Assembly: GCF_020745735.1 (NCBI RefSeq)
Contig: NC_083430.1
Location: 31,114,909-31,178,908 of the forward strand
DNA length: 64,000 nt
Source: Hemiscyllium ocellatum
Taxonomy: Eukaryota
Reading direction: 5' to 3'
Of the stretch, positions 11,650-24,409 are shown piece by piece. How positions within the stretch are numbered: position 1 is the first letter of the stretch; every line of letters begins with the position of its first letter. The notes beneath the pieces are model-generated. The model saw only the letters and a program-made list of their open reading frames with translations. It made no database searches and was not told the DNA's origin. The position numbers and the translations under genes were made by a program.

Positions 11650-12578
11650 CATAGGCAATACTATACAATATGTTAGGTCCACTGCTTTTCATCATTTATA
11701 TAAATGATTTGGATGTGAACATAGGAGGTATACTTAATGAATTTGCTGATGACTGCAAAATTTGAAGGGTACTGGACAGAGAAAGATTACATCAGAGTGC
11801 AATGGGATCTTGATCAGATGGGCTAATGGGCCAAGGAGTGAGGTACTGTATATTGGAAAGGCAATTCAGGGCAGGACTTACACACTTAATGGTAAGGTCT
11901 GGGGAATGTTGCTGAACAAAGAGACCTTGGAGTGCAGGATCATAGTTCCTTGAAAGTGAAGTCGCAGTTAGATAGGATCATGAAGAAGGCATTTTGTAAT
12001 CTTTCCTTTATTGGTCAGAGCATTGAGTATAGGAGTTGGGACGTCATGTTGCAACTGTACAGGGTATTGGTTAGACCACTTTGGGAACACTGCATTCATT
12101 TCTGGTCTCCCTGCTATTGGAAGGATGTTGTGAAACTTCAAAGGCTTCAGAAAAGATTTACAAGGAAGTTGCCAGGGTTGGAGGATTTGAGCTGTAAGGA
12201 GAGGTTGAATAGGTTAGGGCTGTTTTCCCTGGAGCGTCGAAGGCTGAGGGGCAACATTACAAAGGCTTATAAAATCATGAGGACATAGATAAGGCAAATA
12301 GACAAGATCTTTTCCTGAAGTCCAGAATTAGAGAGCATAGGTTTAAGGTGAGAGGGGAAAGATTTAAAAAGGTCCTAGCAACTTTTTCACATCGAGGGTG
12401 GTGGGTGTACGGAATGAGCTGCCAGAGAAAGTGGTGGAGGCTGGTACAATTACAACATTTAAAAAGCATCTGGGTGGGTATATGATAGTGCTGACAAATG
12501 GGACTAGATTAATTTAGGATATCTGGTCAACATGATGAGTTGGACCGAAGTTTCCGTGTTACACATCTCTATGACCCT
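11650..12578 (+). mobile_element. CR1 LINE 3' fragment
   Basis: ORF 11932-12288 (IEYRSWDVMLQLYRVLVRP..LGLFSLERRRLRG); ends in CATCTCTATGAC tail. Confidence 0.92.
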
Positions 12579-13639
12579 CAGTCCCAAGCCAAAATGACAT
12601 TGGATTAGACATTGCTTGGCAGCAAGTGACAGGAATGAATAATATTTTAAAAGTTTTCTTGAGCATGAGTTAAACTGGTAAATTATAACCTTGAAATTAT
12701 ATTTTACAAATATTATTTGAAGAGGAATTTAATGTGATTGTATTAAATTAGCTCAAAATACACATATTAGTTTAAGTAAAACAGGACAATTTCATGTAAA
12801 TGTAGTAGATATTTACACATTAATATCTGCCCAGTACATCTAAATTAACATCACATTGCTTTATTTCAGTAATGCTTTGTTGAAATATTATGATTTATAT
12901 TATGTAAGTAACACATTTTGAAATTGAAACACAATTTATTAATAAGGAAATACCTGTTTATTTTACTTTATAAAACAAAACATTGGGATGAATCTTCCTA
13001 CACTTCCTGCACCTTCACCTGTCAGAGCTTTTCTTGATCTGAACTTAGTGGGCTAAACCATGTCCCTAATTGGCACAGGCCCCTAGATTTGGAGGAGAAA
13101 TTTTGGTGACTGCTACTAGCCTGTTGAAGCCTTCAAGACTGTTCGTGCCTGCCACAATTGATATTGTGCGGCTGCTGCCCATCAGCAGCAACGAGAACTC
13201 TTGTGGATCCATGGCTTCAGTAACTAGGGACAATAGAAGGGGCACACATGCAGAGCTGTGGCTAGACATGTCCCAATCAACAAAGAACTTAGGGCATACC
13301 TTTTAAAGCTACTTTCTCAGATCCCATTTCCGCTCATCTCAGAGAAAGTTCTGAAAATCCTCAGCCTACAGAAAAATGATAGGGACTCACCAGTGTCATT
13401 AGGACTGGAAAAGGTGAAAAACGTAACAGTTCCTCATTTTTATCATAACTGCAAACTTTTTAACCAGAGGGAAATTTTATGAGTAAACACACAACTAAGA
13501 GCTAAGGATGAAAACCATCTGAACTGGCTGTGAATTTGGAGCTGATTTATGTTTTCTGAAGTTTCAGAAAATCATTTCAGGTTTATTCAGTTTGATACAT
13601 AACGTACCAACAAACAGAGCAATAGTGTTGGTCAGTACT

Positions 13640-14560
13640 TATCTTGTGTCTGTGACTCACTTGCACGACAATTCAATGAGTTTGTGTTGTTTGACAGGTT
13701 GAATGTGATTTGTCGATCCCGCCACAGATCATGTGGGGTCTGTAGACACTGTGGGAAATGTGGTGTTTAAAGCGTCCGGCAGATTAGGAGCATGTAGGTT
13801 TGTGCTCTCCACTGATGCCTCAGCTTTGCTTCTGCATGCTCCCAATTCTCTACATATTCAATGCCTTCCTGAATAAATCATGCTAATTGGTCACAAGCCA
13901 GGAGCACGTTTGAATTGACGGGAATGTTAATTTCTTCAGTGATAGTTTGACGACACCCTCAAAGGATCGTACTGTCCCCATGGCTGTGTTCCTGTCATCA
14001 TCAAGCTCAATGTTGAACAGTTGCTTCCGAAGCTTAGTGTCAGGCACACAAATGACATGTCACATATGACTGCTTTTGAGTGAGTAGCACCTCAGTACTG
14101 GCCATGTTGGTTTGGCAGAGGATGCTGCTATTGCGCTATCTGTCTTGCCATCAGATTTGGAGGATCATGCAAAGGCACCACAGATGGTACTTTTCCAATG
14201 CCTTGAGGTGCCTGCTATTAGTTGGCTAAGTCTCCAAAGCAGGCAGGAATTGGGAATCACTGATCAGTAAACCTTCACCTTAGCTTTAAGGTTGAGTTCC
14301 TCATTCTTAAATACACTTATCCTGAGCACTGATGATGATTTTTGTCATCTACGTTGTTCTTCATCAACAGAAAGTTCCTAAGATATGGAAAATGGAGGAC
14401 ACTTTCAAGGACTTTGCTGTTGATCTTAAAAGATGGTGGGAGATGTTGTAATGTGGAATATTGTTGGAAGAATAATTTAATTTCCCATCATGAATGGCCC
14501 ATCTTCTCACATGATCTATAGGAGTCAAATACGATGTGAAACTCAGTTCCTGTTGTATTG
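13640..14560 (-). mobile_element. RTE-clade LINE, decayed RT C-terminal part
   Basis: Minus-strand translation gives VFKNEELNLKAKVKVY and VPDTKLRKQLF..VVKLSLKK, typical of RTE C-terminal regions; many frameshifts. Confidence 0.65.
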
Positions 14561-15879
14561 CATGGTGGTAAAATCCTCCCCTTTAATGTTGCTGACTTCT
14601 ACATGTAGTACATCAGGTACTATTATTGGTCTATGCTAACCAGGTGACACATTGAAGCAACTGAATAATTTGAAATTAAAGGCTGCCTTTATAAGTGAAT
14701 ATTACATTTCCCTTCCAATGTATTATGTAATTAATAAAATAAATTCTATAATTAACTAAATTTTTCTAACCTCCTTATACATTTTGCCTACACTTTTCAA
14801 ATCAATTCCTTCACCCACATTTTTCTATACCCTTGTAATCAAGGCCTGGCCAAATTTCATCCTAACATTTTTCAAGCCCAGCAGACCATTACATGTTCCG
14901 ACTGATGATTCCACCATTTCTCACTGTCAGATGCTGACTCCAGCTACTTCTGTAGGTTGCAGATTCTAGTCACAGTCTACTCATTCCCTCAGATGTCTAA
15001 GATTCCAGAATGAGAGTAGAAAAACAGAGTGTGAAGGGGAAATGTACATAAAATGTGGGAAGCAAATTGTGACAGATGCAGTGTAAAATAAAACTGACAC
15101 AAATTGCAAGAATAACAGAAAAGTTCACGGCAATGGAAAGAAAAGCAATTAAATAAAATTCAGAAAGCCATACAATGGCTCCTAGGGGAACCCCAAACTT
15201 CCTGTCATAGATATGTACATGATGCATCTGAAATAATCACATGGGATCACAGTAACAAAGCTGAGTCTTCTGCAATTTAAATAATCACAAATCAGAATGC
15301 ACAATCCTGAGGAAGCACCCATAGAATAAGTTCGAATTCAGCTTTGGTGTCTGCCCATCCTAAATAAAAGCAGTCACAACTGCGAACGAAATAAAGATGT
15401 GACATCAGCTCAGGCAGCTGATGTAGAAAATTGCATTCCACACTTGAAAATACTCAGATTAAAACCACAGATGCTGGTTGAGAATGTGGGTTTCACCTTT
15501 AAAATAAGGGCCAGTTGGGAGAGTTATAATCATCATATATGTATTTTTAAAGCACTATTCTGTGCAATTAATGCTTTTTGAAAGCTCATCTAAGTATTTG
15601 GTGAACAAAACCACCTTGCAAGGTGATATTTGACAAAGGTTTTTTTAGCTCCTGTATATGTTTAACAGATGCAGGGAAGTCACTATTGGTTCAGATACTG
15701 AGTGTGATTGCTCTGAACAAAATATTATTTATAATTTCACTGTAATTAACTATCACATGAATATTCGTTTCCTATTTAGGGAATGAAGTGGATTTAAAAT
15801 TGCCAAGTTCAACATTAGAGTTTTTCCTACCACCTCCCGACCCTGGCCTGTAACTTGAAACACAACCTGCATACGTGGA

Positions 15880-16480
15880 AGAGCAGCCACGCACTCCCCA
15901 GGCACTGCGCCTCCCAGCGACACACCGCAACCAAACCTGGCGGCGGCCGTCTACCCGCCTACTTGCCCTTTGCGGATTGGCAGCGGATAGCCGGACGTAC
16001 TCAGTCTGCGTGGCGGCGATTGCTCAGCTCTCCCGCCAATCATGCTAACTAAGCTTGTGCGACGCACCGCGGTCGGTGCGCTTGCGCGAACACCAGGCTC
16101 TCCCCGTCCCCCAATGCCCACCCTCCCTCCTCGCTCCGTCCGCTTGACGTCGCCCAGTGCCCGCCCTTTACGTCCGACCATTGGGTCATCTCGGATGATT
16201 GGCAGCAGCCTGTTGACGGGTCATCCGGCGCTGATTAGTGACTGGACATGTCAATCAGAAACACCCGTCCTCTATTGGTCAGCCGGCGAGTGTTAATAAA
16301 TAGTGATCGAGGCCAGACAAGCGGCCTAAGTCCCGCCCTCTCCCCTTTGCTAGCCAAGAGCCTGAGACCGAGAGAAAATATTGGCTTGGACCGAAAGGGG
16401 TTGGTTTCATTTGATTTAATTCTTTGTTTGAAAGGAGAAGAAAGCGGATGGAGGGCGAAAGGAGGGGAGGCATGAGGGGG
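15880..16480. promoter_or_regulatory. CpG-island promoter of macoilin
   Basis: The main CpG-rich stretch in the window. CCAAT/ATTGG at 15976, 16036, 16180, 16198, 16274, 16380; GC boxes at ~16032, 16160, 16332; CRE-like TGACGTC at 16145; NRF1-like TGCGCTTGCGC at 16077. Confidence 0.85.
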
Positions 16481-16610
16481 GAAAAAATATTTTCAGAATT
16501 TAACGTTATTCGGAATTAATTTATTTTTCCCCCCCATTTGTTATGTTAACATTTATTTGGAAAAAATAAAGAGGAAACTGTATTGAAGAAAGGAAAGGCA
16601 GCGAAGGACA

Positions 16611-16690
16611 ATGAAGAGGCGCAATGCTGATTGCAGCAAGATCAGGAGGCCGTTAAAACGGAACAGAATCACCGAGGGGATATACGGCAG
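16611..16690 (+). CDS. MACO1: Macoilin (TMEM57) coding exon 1
   Basis: ATG at 16611 reads MKRRNADCSKIRRPLKRNRITEGIYG-S, the macoilin N-terminus. 80 nt, ending at donor CAG|GTAACA (phase 2), just downstream of a CpG island. Missed by the ORF track. Confidence 0.97.
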
Positions 16691-17859
16691 GTAACAAAGA
16701 AAAAAAAACACGCACAAAATGCAAACCTTCGACACCATAACAAAGGTTTATTATTATTATTAGTCGTTATTAATGAAAATAAATGGTACCCTGCCATAGT
16801 GAGGGAAGCGTTTGCTGGCGCTGGTTCTGGGTGTGTTTCCCTTAGACTAGGCCGCAGAGAAGCCTGGGGCTCGCGTAATAGAGAGGGCGGGGGGGAGGGG
16901 AGGTATTTGGAAACAGCATTATTTTCTCATTTCGGATGTTCTGGAAATATGTCTTTTGTATAATACTTTTTTTTTAACAAATAATGGTTAGAACGAGTGC
17001 TTCTATCTGTTGTGGTGCTGCTGTTTTCTAATGACATTGTAATGAAAGCAGAGTGAGGTGCAGCAGAGGGCTGCTGCTGTTACATACTTCAGTCAGACCT
17101 GTCACATTCTGGTCTCTGACCAGATAAAGTTCTAATGCACTTCTGATCTGAATTGTGGACTATCTTTTGTACTGTATTACTTTTCTTTGGTGTTGGACAT
17201 GACTGATCAATTTTGAAAAGTGTTATCCTGTATTGTTTTTGATCTTATTGATATTTGGCAAAGGTGTGAACAATTCTGAAATGCCTGTGCTTTCTTTCTT
17301 TTGTTATTCCAATGGACAAGTTTCTTTCCCTCCTCCCTTGCCTATTCAGTTTTAATGATGTCACTTTCAACTATGACCGAGTAGGTAATTTTTAACAGTT
17401 TTACAGAATTGATTTTTTTTCATGAAGGGAGGAGTTGATAGTAATAATCAACTGTTGTACATCATGGCTTTCTGCAATTTTGTATTGTCTATGTAAAAGT
17501 GTCTTTTAGTTTCTGCATTTCACTTTTTTTAAGTAGAAATTGTACCATGAAATTTATATTTGTTTTGTTTTCTCCCAGTCAAGATTAAACATGGCAAAAT
17601 ATTACTAAATTAGCATTTAATGTTTCAACTGCCATGTTTTATTTTGAATGAGATCTTATTCCAGATGTTGTAAAATTAAAGTACTTAGTAATCCTAATAC
17701 TTTAGCATTTTGTATATCAAAGAACTATTTAAAATCCAACATACTTTTGTGTGCAACTGTGATGATCAAAGTCTGCATTTATGGAACATAATTCAAAACC
17801 AATTAAATATTTTTTGAACTAAAATCATTATTGAAGTGGGGAGGTACATGATGGCCTGT

Positions 17860-18150
17860 TTGTGCACAACAAGATCCCATAGAGAAGTCAAGTGAATGAC
17901 TGACTAGTTTTATTTTAATGGGCATTGTCTGAGTGAATACTGGCCCAATCACCAGAACTCCCTGTTCAAAATAGTGCTTTTGGGCCTTTTATGTACACAT
18001 GAGAGTACATACATGACCTCAGGTGTACATCTCAACAGAAATACAACACTTTTGAGCACTGCATGAGACTTTATTTGGATTAGTAATCTCGTTTTTTGAG
18101 TGTGGCTTGATCTTGCATGCTTCCAACTTGGTGAGATCACAACCACTGAT
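17860..18150 (-). mobile_element. Deu-domain SINE (SacSINE1/AmnSINE1-like), old
   Basis: GCACAACAAGATCCCA..TGGCCCAATCACCAGAACTCCCTGTTCAAAATAGTGC..CATCTCA resembles the reverse complement of the Deu-SINE central domain as I recall it. Confidence 0.6.
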
Positions 18151-20059
18151 ATGAAGGTGACACCAAGTGTCCTTGAAACTCTGACCTGCACTTTTAAGGT
18201 AAAAGTTGAGAGGCTGTTGTCAACAAACAAGATCTTCAACTGATAGCTTTTCAACAGTGGTGGTAGTATAAAGTTCTTGAAATTGTAAGACAATGGTGTG
18301 GCTAGGTTGATGCAATCTAAGTAGAAAATTTTTATCCCCACTGGAAGTATGTTTCTGATGTTTTCATAATGAGAAGCAAGTTTTTTTTTTGGGAATAGTT
18401 AGAAACTTCCACTGTATGGATGTGGGAAGGGGAAAGTTGTAGTTCATGCTGCGCATAGGATCTACTTTCAGTGTTTGAATATAACAGTGGAAGTTTGATG
18501 ACTTGGAATTCAGTTAAATGTAGATGTGACAGTTAGTTTGTTTATCTTTTAATACTTGACTGGTAATCTAGCTGATTTACATGGTTAAAGTTAGTTACAC
18601 CTGAGACAAAAATGTTATCTCAAACTAGTGTAGAAAGAAACTGAACCAGCTTTTCAGTTACTCCTTGTCCTTCTGTAACTGAATTTGAGTGCTTTTTTTC
18701 TTACTGCAGTTGGGTTCAACTGTCAAGCCTCCAGATGCTGGGAGCCTTACAGTTGATGACAACTGCTCATATCACAGCAGAGCATTAAATTGAAAGAGGT
18801 GTTGCTGTGTGAACGTGCCCTAACATTGATCAGCAATAAACTTGTAAAACCATACCTATTTATTTCATCAACACTGATATATTTAGCAAGTTAGACCAAA
18901 ATACAACTGATGTTAATGCACAAATGTTTAGAATGAATAATGCTTACGTAAAACTAATTTGAGTTGCCTGAGACAGTGGCTGTAAAGTAAATATTTTTAA
19001 TAAAGCTGAAGTTGGGATTAGCTAAAAGGAAACTTGAATCTAATTTTTATATCTGGTGAGGTGCACAGATATAGGAGACTTTTGATACTGCAGAGACAAT
19101 AAAGTGTTTAACTGTTTTGAAATGTGCAGTGATTATACTGTTGTTATTGTCCACAATATTGCAATGCAAATTTGCTGTAAGTCTAAACTTGAAACTCTGA
19201 GACATACTTTGAATTGCAAATTCATCTGGTAACTGAACTCGCATGATGGTGAGTGCAAAGATGATAGCTTGACAGTTTTTATTGCAACAGTTCTTAGTGA
19301 ATGTTCTTGGTTGAGATTGTGTCGTCTTCATTGACCATGACCACATACCATGCCACTGAGAGCCGTATCGAGGACCCTCACTTTGGAAGATTGGTCTGAT
19401 TTATTTCAATGCTTTGTGAATACCTGTGCATTGAGGAAAGAAAATAATTTCTTATCTAATTTATGATTCAACACTAGTACATGTCATTTCATATTGCTCC
19501 TGCCATGGCTTAAAACTCATATCACTGCACTGTATTGAATCATGGTTGATTGTTTACATTGAAGTTGAAAAATACTATGTCAAAACATTTAACCCATTCA
19601 TCTCAGGCTGGAGGTAACTTAAATCAGTTCGGCTTCTGACTTGTGATTTCATGTTATTTATTAATGTGCGAGAAACTAAAAGAAAAATGCATAAATAGAA
19701 GAGGCCCCCTGGCTATTTATTGATACTGGACATGTGGAACAGAACAGTTAGTTCCCACCATTTTCTGAATGTGTTTCGTTAGACCAATATGTTAGTGTAA
19801 TCCCTTTTTCATACTTGTTATGCAAATTGCTGGAAAAAAATGTAAACATATGGCACCATGCTGTGGGGAAAAAAAAATCAATGACCCATGTTGTTACTAA
19901 TCTGTTAATTGATCAAGTTTGGGAAGTAAAATGTGGAATTGCGATTTACACAAACAGCATTTTGCCTTTGACCTCCATTACTTTGAAGCACTTGTTGGAT
20001 TTGTGCATTAATTTCCTTTAAACTCAACACAGTTTTAGATTTTGGGCTTGTTGACCAAC

Positions 20060-20140
20060 ATAAGGGCTTATGCCCGAAACGTCGATTCTCCTGCTCCTCG
20101 GATGCTGCCTGATCTGCTGTGCTTTTCCAGCACTACACTA
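20060..20140 (+). repeat. Family A short repeat, 5' truncated within the hammerhead motif
   Basis: AAGGGCTTATGCCCGAAACGTCGATTCTCCTGCTCCTCGGATGCTGCCTGATCTGCTGTGC; homologous to 7190-7270 and 47988-48095. Confidence 0.75.
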
Positions 20141-20954
20141 TTGTTGTTTTACTGCTGATCAACCTCTCTGGCCCAAAAAAGGAACACTTTGCACTTAGTT
20201 TTCCTATAGTTGGTAAACTGAGAAATTTTAAGAACATTTTTTCTTAGAATTTTTGTTTCTTTTCAATCTTATTTTGCTCTGTCTACTTTTTATGTAAAAT
20301 TTGTGCTTGGATTCCCTCTAATTCACCTTCCTCCCATTCTGATAACTTTCAAAGTCCTTATGTATAATAGTTTAATGAATCAGCCTTTCTCTAGATTCTA
20401 AGATGTCTCCTTGTCCTTACCAATTCTTTTAATAAATTCTCATTTCCAGCAGATTATGGTGCACATCACTACTGAGTTGAAATGTGCAAGAAGCAGTCTT
20501 TTAATGTATGCACCACGGGGTCCCCTCTCCCAGCAAAATGAGCTCACAGATGTAGTATACCCAAAGTAGCATGATTCCAAGATGATGGGTCTACCATAAG
20601 CAGTAGTATCGGTTTTGTTCTAATTTTTCTAAAATAACAAGCCTGTCTTTGTATAAATTAAAAATTTTATCATGTTAAATCCTCTTATCAACATTTTTTT
20701 TTCTATAGCCTGTTACAAATCTGTTTTATCCAATCAGTAGAAAATTGGCTGTCTGCACACTTTAACAAAATTTTAACTTTCCGGTTTTATATGCAAGTAG
20801 TTTATAAATTACTCTTGATTGCCTATTTCATGTACATTTATTACATTTGACATTTTGTAAATGTCCATATTGGACAACTGTTGGTATAAAAAATATGAAA
20901 TCATAGTTGAATAGTAAATGAAGCAGAGGAGAGATGAGGAAGAACCCTTTACTT

Positions 20955-21165
20955 GTGTTACCGTGATTTGGAGGTGCCAGTATTGGACTGGGATGGACAA
21001 AATTATAAGTCACACAACACCAGATCATTGTCGAACAGGTTTATTTGGAAACACTAGCTTTGAGTGTATCACAACCACCTGATGAAGGAGCAGTGTTTTG
21101 AAAGCTAGTGCTTCCAAATAAGCCTGTTCGACTATGATCTGGTGTTGTGTGACATAACTTTTGTT
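20955..21165. repeat. Fold-back repeat (family C) with ~65-bp inverted arms and a hammerhead motif
   Basis: Arms ~20997-21061 and ~21101-21164 are reverse complements; CAC-CTGATGA-AGGAGCAGTGTTTT-GAAA-GC-TA-GTG at 21076-21110. Confidence 0.8.
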
Positions 21166-22329
21166 ATAATCTGGAATATAGTGTCAGAATAGATGATGAG
21201 ACCAGTTTCATCATGATTTTTAAATGACTTGGAAATGCATATGTAAAAGAAACTAGTTGCAACAACAGGGAGTGAAACTAGTTTTTTTTTCAGAGACGGA
21301 ATAAAGCAAATAGCCTGCCATGAGATTACATGATGGTATGATTGTTTTACAAGAAAGTGTGTTTGGCTATATGTTCAAACTTTAACTAGGAGATTTTTGG
21401 AAATTCTAAATGCTCAACTGTTTTATGTTGGTACATGCAATAAACACTGACTGCAGAAAAAGTTAGTGGTAACACCAACAATTAGGAAAGTTGTCTGTGT
21501 GTGTTCCACTTTCACCATGTCATGAAAAACCCATGAAATCTTTTATTATTATTTGCAGGCATCTTTATTTGTACCATTTTTCGGAATGACCTGTGATCCT
21601 TAGTTAATGCCTTTACAGTTTGCAAATGCTGAGTATACAAACACTGACTGTTACTGTGTCGTGGTACGGTTGCTGCTTTCTGTGCAATGTGTTCAATAGA
21701 ATTATATTGCTTCCTATCTTTGGTTGTCTATATTTTGTAGGTAGAGTTGAAACTGAATTAGTTTAATTTACATTTGGTGGATTACAATAATACAGTAAAA
21801 CAAATGCATAATTCTGTAGATGCTGGAAATCTGAAATTAAAAACAAAATACTCAGTTGGTCATCCAGTATCTCCAGAGAGAGGAAGAGTCCTATTGTTTC
21901 AGGTTGGTGACTATTTTTGTTAGCTGTGCGCTGTCAAATCTGAGTTTAACTAGGCATTTTTAGCTATTTATACTTTGTTCTTGTTTTCATTTCAGATTTC
22001 CAGCACCTGCAATACTTTGATCTCTAATTCTTTTGTGACCCAGATTGATATGATTGAAATATATTCATTTTGTATTCATGGGGACATTGTTTATGGGTTC
22101 TGTAGTTGCTGAATTTACTATCACTGTATAGTATGTTGATTCTAATTAAGTGACTTGTGTGACTTAAGACACAAGTTTCTTCTTTAGTTTGTAAATTACT
22201 CTACTCTTCTGCAATTCCCACACCGTAATAGCTTTTTTTTTTAAGTTAGCTGTGGTATCCTACAGAAATGTTTTAAGATCTATTTGAGAATAGTTTGTGA
22301 TTGATGGAAGTTAATGTATTATGATTTAG

Positions 22330-23290
22330 GGGTGGAGAGTGACTGCCCTTGAGATCAAGTCAGCATTTGACCAATTATGGCATGATCAAACCCGAACGCT
22401 GGAGTCCATGAGAGTGAAGGGAAAAACCCTTTTCCCTGGTTGGAGTCCAACCATAGGTTGACGTCCAACAACCACAACTAGCTATCAGTCTCAGGACATC
22501 AATGCAGGAGTTCCTGAGAGTAGTGTCCTAGATCCAATCATCAGTTGTTTCATCAATGGCTTTCCTCCATCATAAAAGACATTTATCCAGTTATCAGCAG
22601 TGTTCAGGACTAGTGACAATACAGATAATAAATGGTCTACATCAACATCCATAACATCTGAGCTTGGGACTGATGAGTGGCAAATAATATTTTACAACCC
22701 ACAAGTGCCAGGCAACACCATCTACAATGACAACACCACATAATGTTCATTTTAATTACCATTGGTGAATCCCCCACTATTGACTAAAGGTTACCATTGA
22801 TCAGAAACACAACTAGATGTTCCATGAAAATTCTATGATAATGAGAGCAGTTCAGAGGCAAAATCTATAGCAATTAATTCTCCCACCTCATCCCACGTCA
22901 TTACCCATGAAGTATATCAGGAATGATACAGTGCATTCTATTGACTTGGATAAGTGAAACTCCAATGACACTTGATCTTAACACCCTCCAAGACAAACCT
23001 GCCATTTGATTGGTACTCTAGCCACTGCCTTCACCACCAATGCATTGTAGCAGCAATATGCCCAACCTATAGGATGCACTACAATTACTCATTAAGGCTA
23101 TTTAGATAGCACCTTCTATATGCTAGTTAGTGTTGGCAGCAGGTGCACGTGAACACCTTGGCAAGTTTCCTCCAAGCCCTGCACTATTCTGTCTTGGATG
23201 TTTATTGCTGGGTCAAAAACAGAGAAAGTCCTTCCTAACAACTCTGTGGGCGTTCCTATACTGCAAAGACTGCAGCTGTTCAATTGTCCT
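22330..23290 (+). mobile_element. 3' half of the LINE family seen at 8040-11125, more decayed
   Basis: Collinear with the reverse complement of ~8100-9160 (e.g. CAGGACATCAATGCAGGAGTTCCT, CACAAGTGCCAGGCAA, GGCAAGTTTCCTCCAAGCC). Confidence 0.75.
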
Positions 23291-24409
23291 TCTCTATGTA
23301 AATCAAGCATTTCTTTTCATTTTATTTCTTTTCACAAAACTACCTTGCTCTCATTCTAAATCGCAAAAGAGCAGATGTAACATTTCTGAAACATAAATGA
23401 TTTCCCTAAGGAGTTTGTGTGAACATTTTGATACTGCAGGGATAGCAAAAAAATTTGATTTCTAAATATATAGAAATGTCCAGGTGACCCTCAGTAATTG
23501 AATGCAATATTTATGATATATTTAAATTTCCACCTCCAGTTTAATTTACCATATTATCTTCCTTTTTTGGTCTAGTAGCTACACTATCGGTATTATGTAA
23601 TAATAGATCTGATATGTGTGTTTTTTAAATAATTTATGCTCCAGGCCTGCTGTTTAAAAAGTATTGTTTTACATTAACTATGCTTTGTTCTTTTTTGGTA
23701 CCTGCAGTCTTTATTATTTTGACTTTTCTACTCTTCTGAAGGTGAAGCTCTCTAGTACTTGACTTTTCATTTTTAAGTCTCTTGTGTACTGGTGAACATT
23801 TCAGCTATGGGAAATATTACAGCTGATTCAGTCCTGCATTCAAGTTTAACTAATGCTAATCTCTAGCTAATTCTGCTCAGTTATTGTAGTTTTGAAAAGT
23901 CCTTGAACAGACTATATGCAACAATTATAGTGGTGCCCAACAATATGGCAGTGAGAATCCAGCAATCTAAAATTGTTGCCTAGTCATGACATTGGTAATA
24001 TCTGACAACAGCCCATCCACAAGGAAAGCAAGTTTGAATTTTGGCAAATTCCTTCCTCATTGTCAATCATCTGAATTGAGAGGAGCCACTGGGTTTACGT
24101 TTTCACTGGTTGCTTGCTCAGGTGATACTCGGTTATGATGTTGTTAGCATCATTGTGCTGCAAATCTTTATACAGTCTTGACTGAAGAAGGTGCTCGAGA
24201 AGAGCATTGAGCTAACATTTGGTTGTAACATGAAACTTCAACAAAGTCAAGGTGTTGCATCATTCAGTTACAGGAGTCATGGCTGACACAAGGCAGATTG
24301 ATCACAACTGTAGCAATCTTTGTAGTCTCAGATCAACACCACTGGATTTCCTCCGTGCAGTGTCGTTGTTCCAACCATTTTAATCTCCTTCCTTGACAGT
24401 CTTTGTTTA

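Noticed and set aside
15855-16963. Several GC-rich ORFs around the promoter
   Set aside because: Expected by-products of a CpG island; the true coding frame is 16611-16690.
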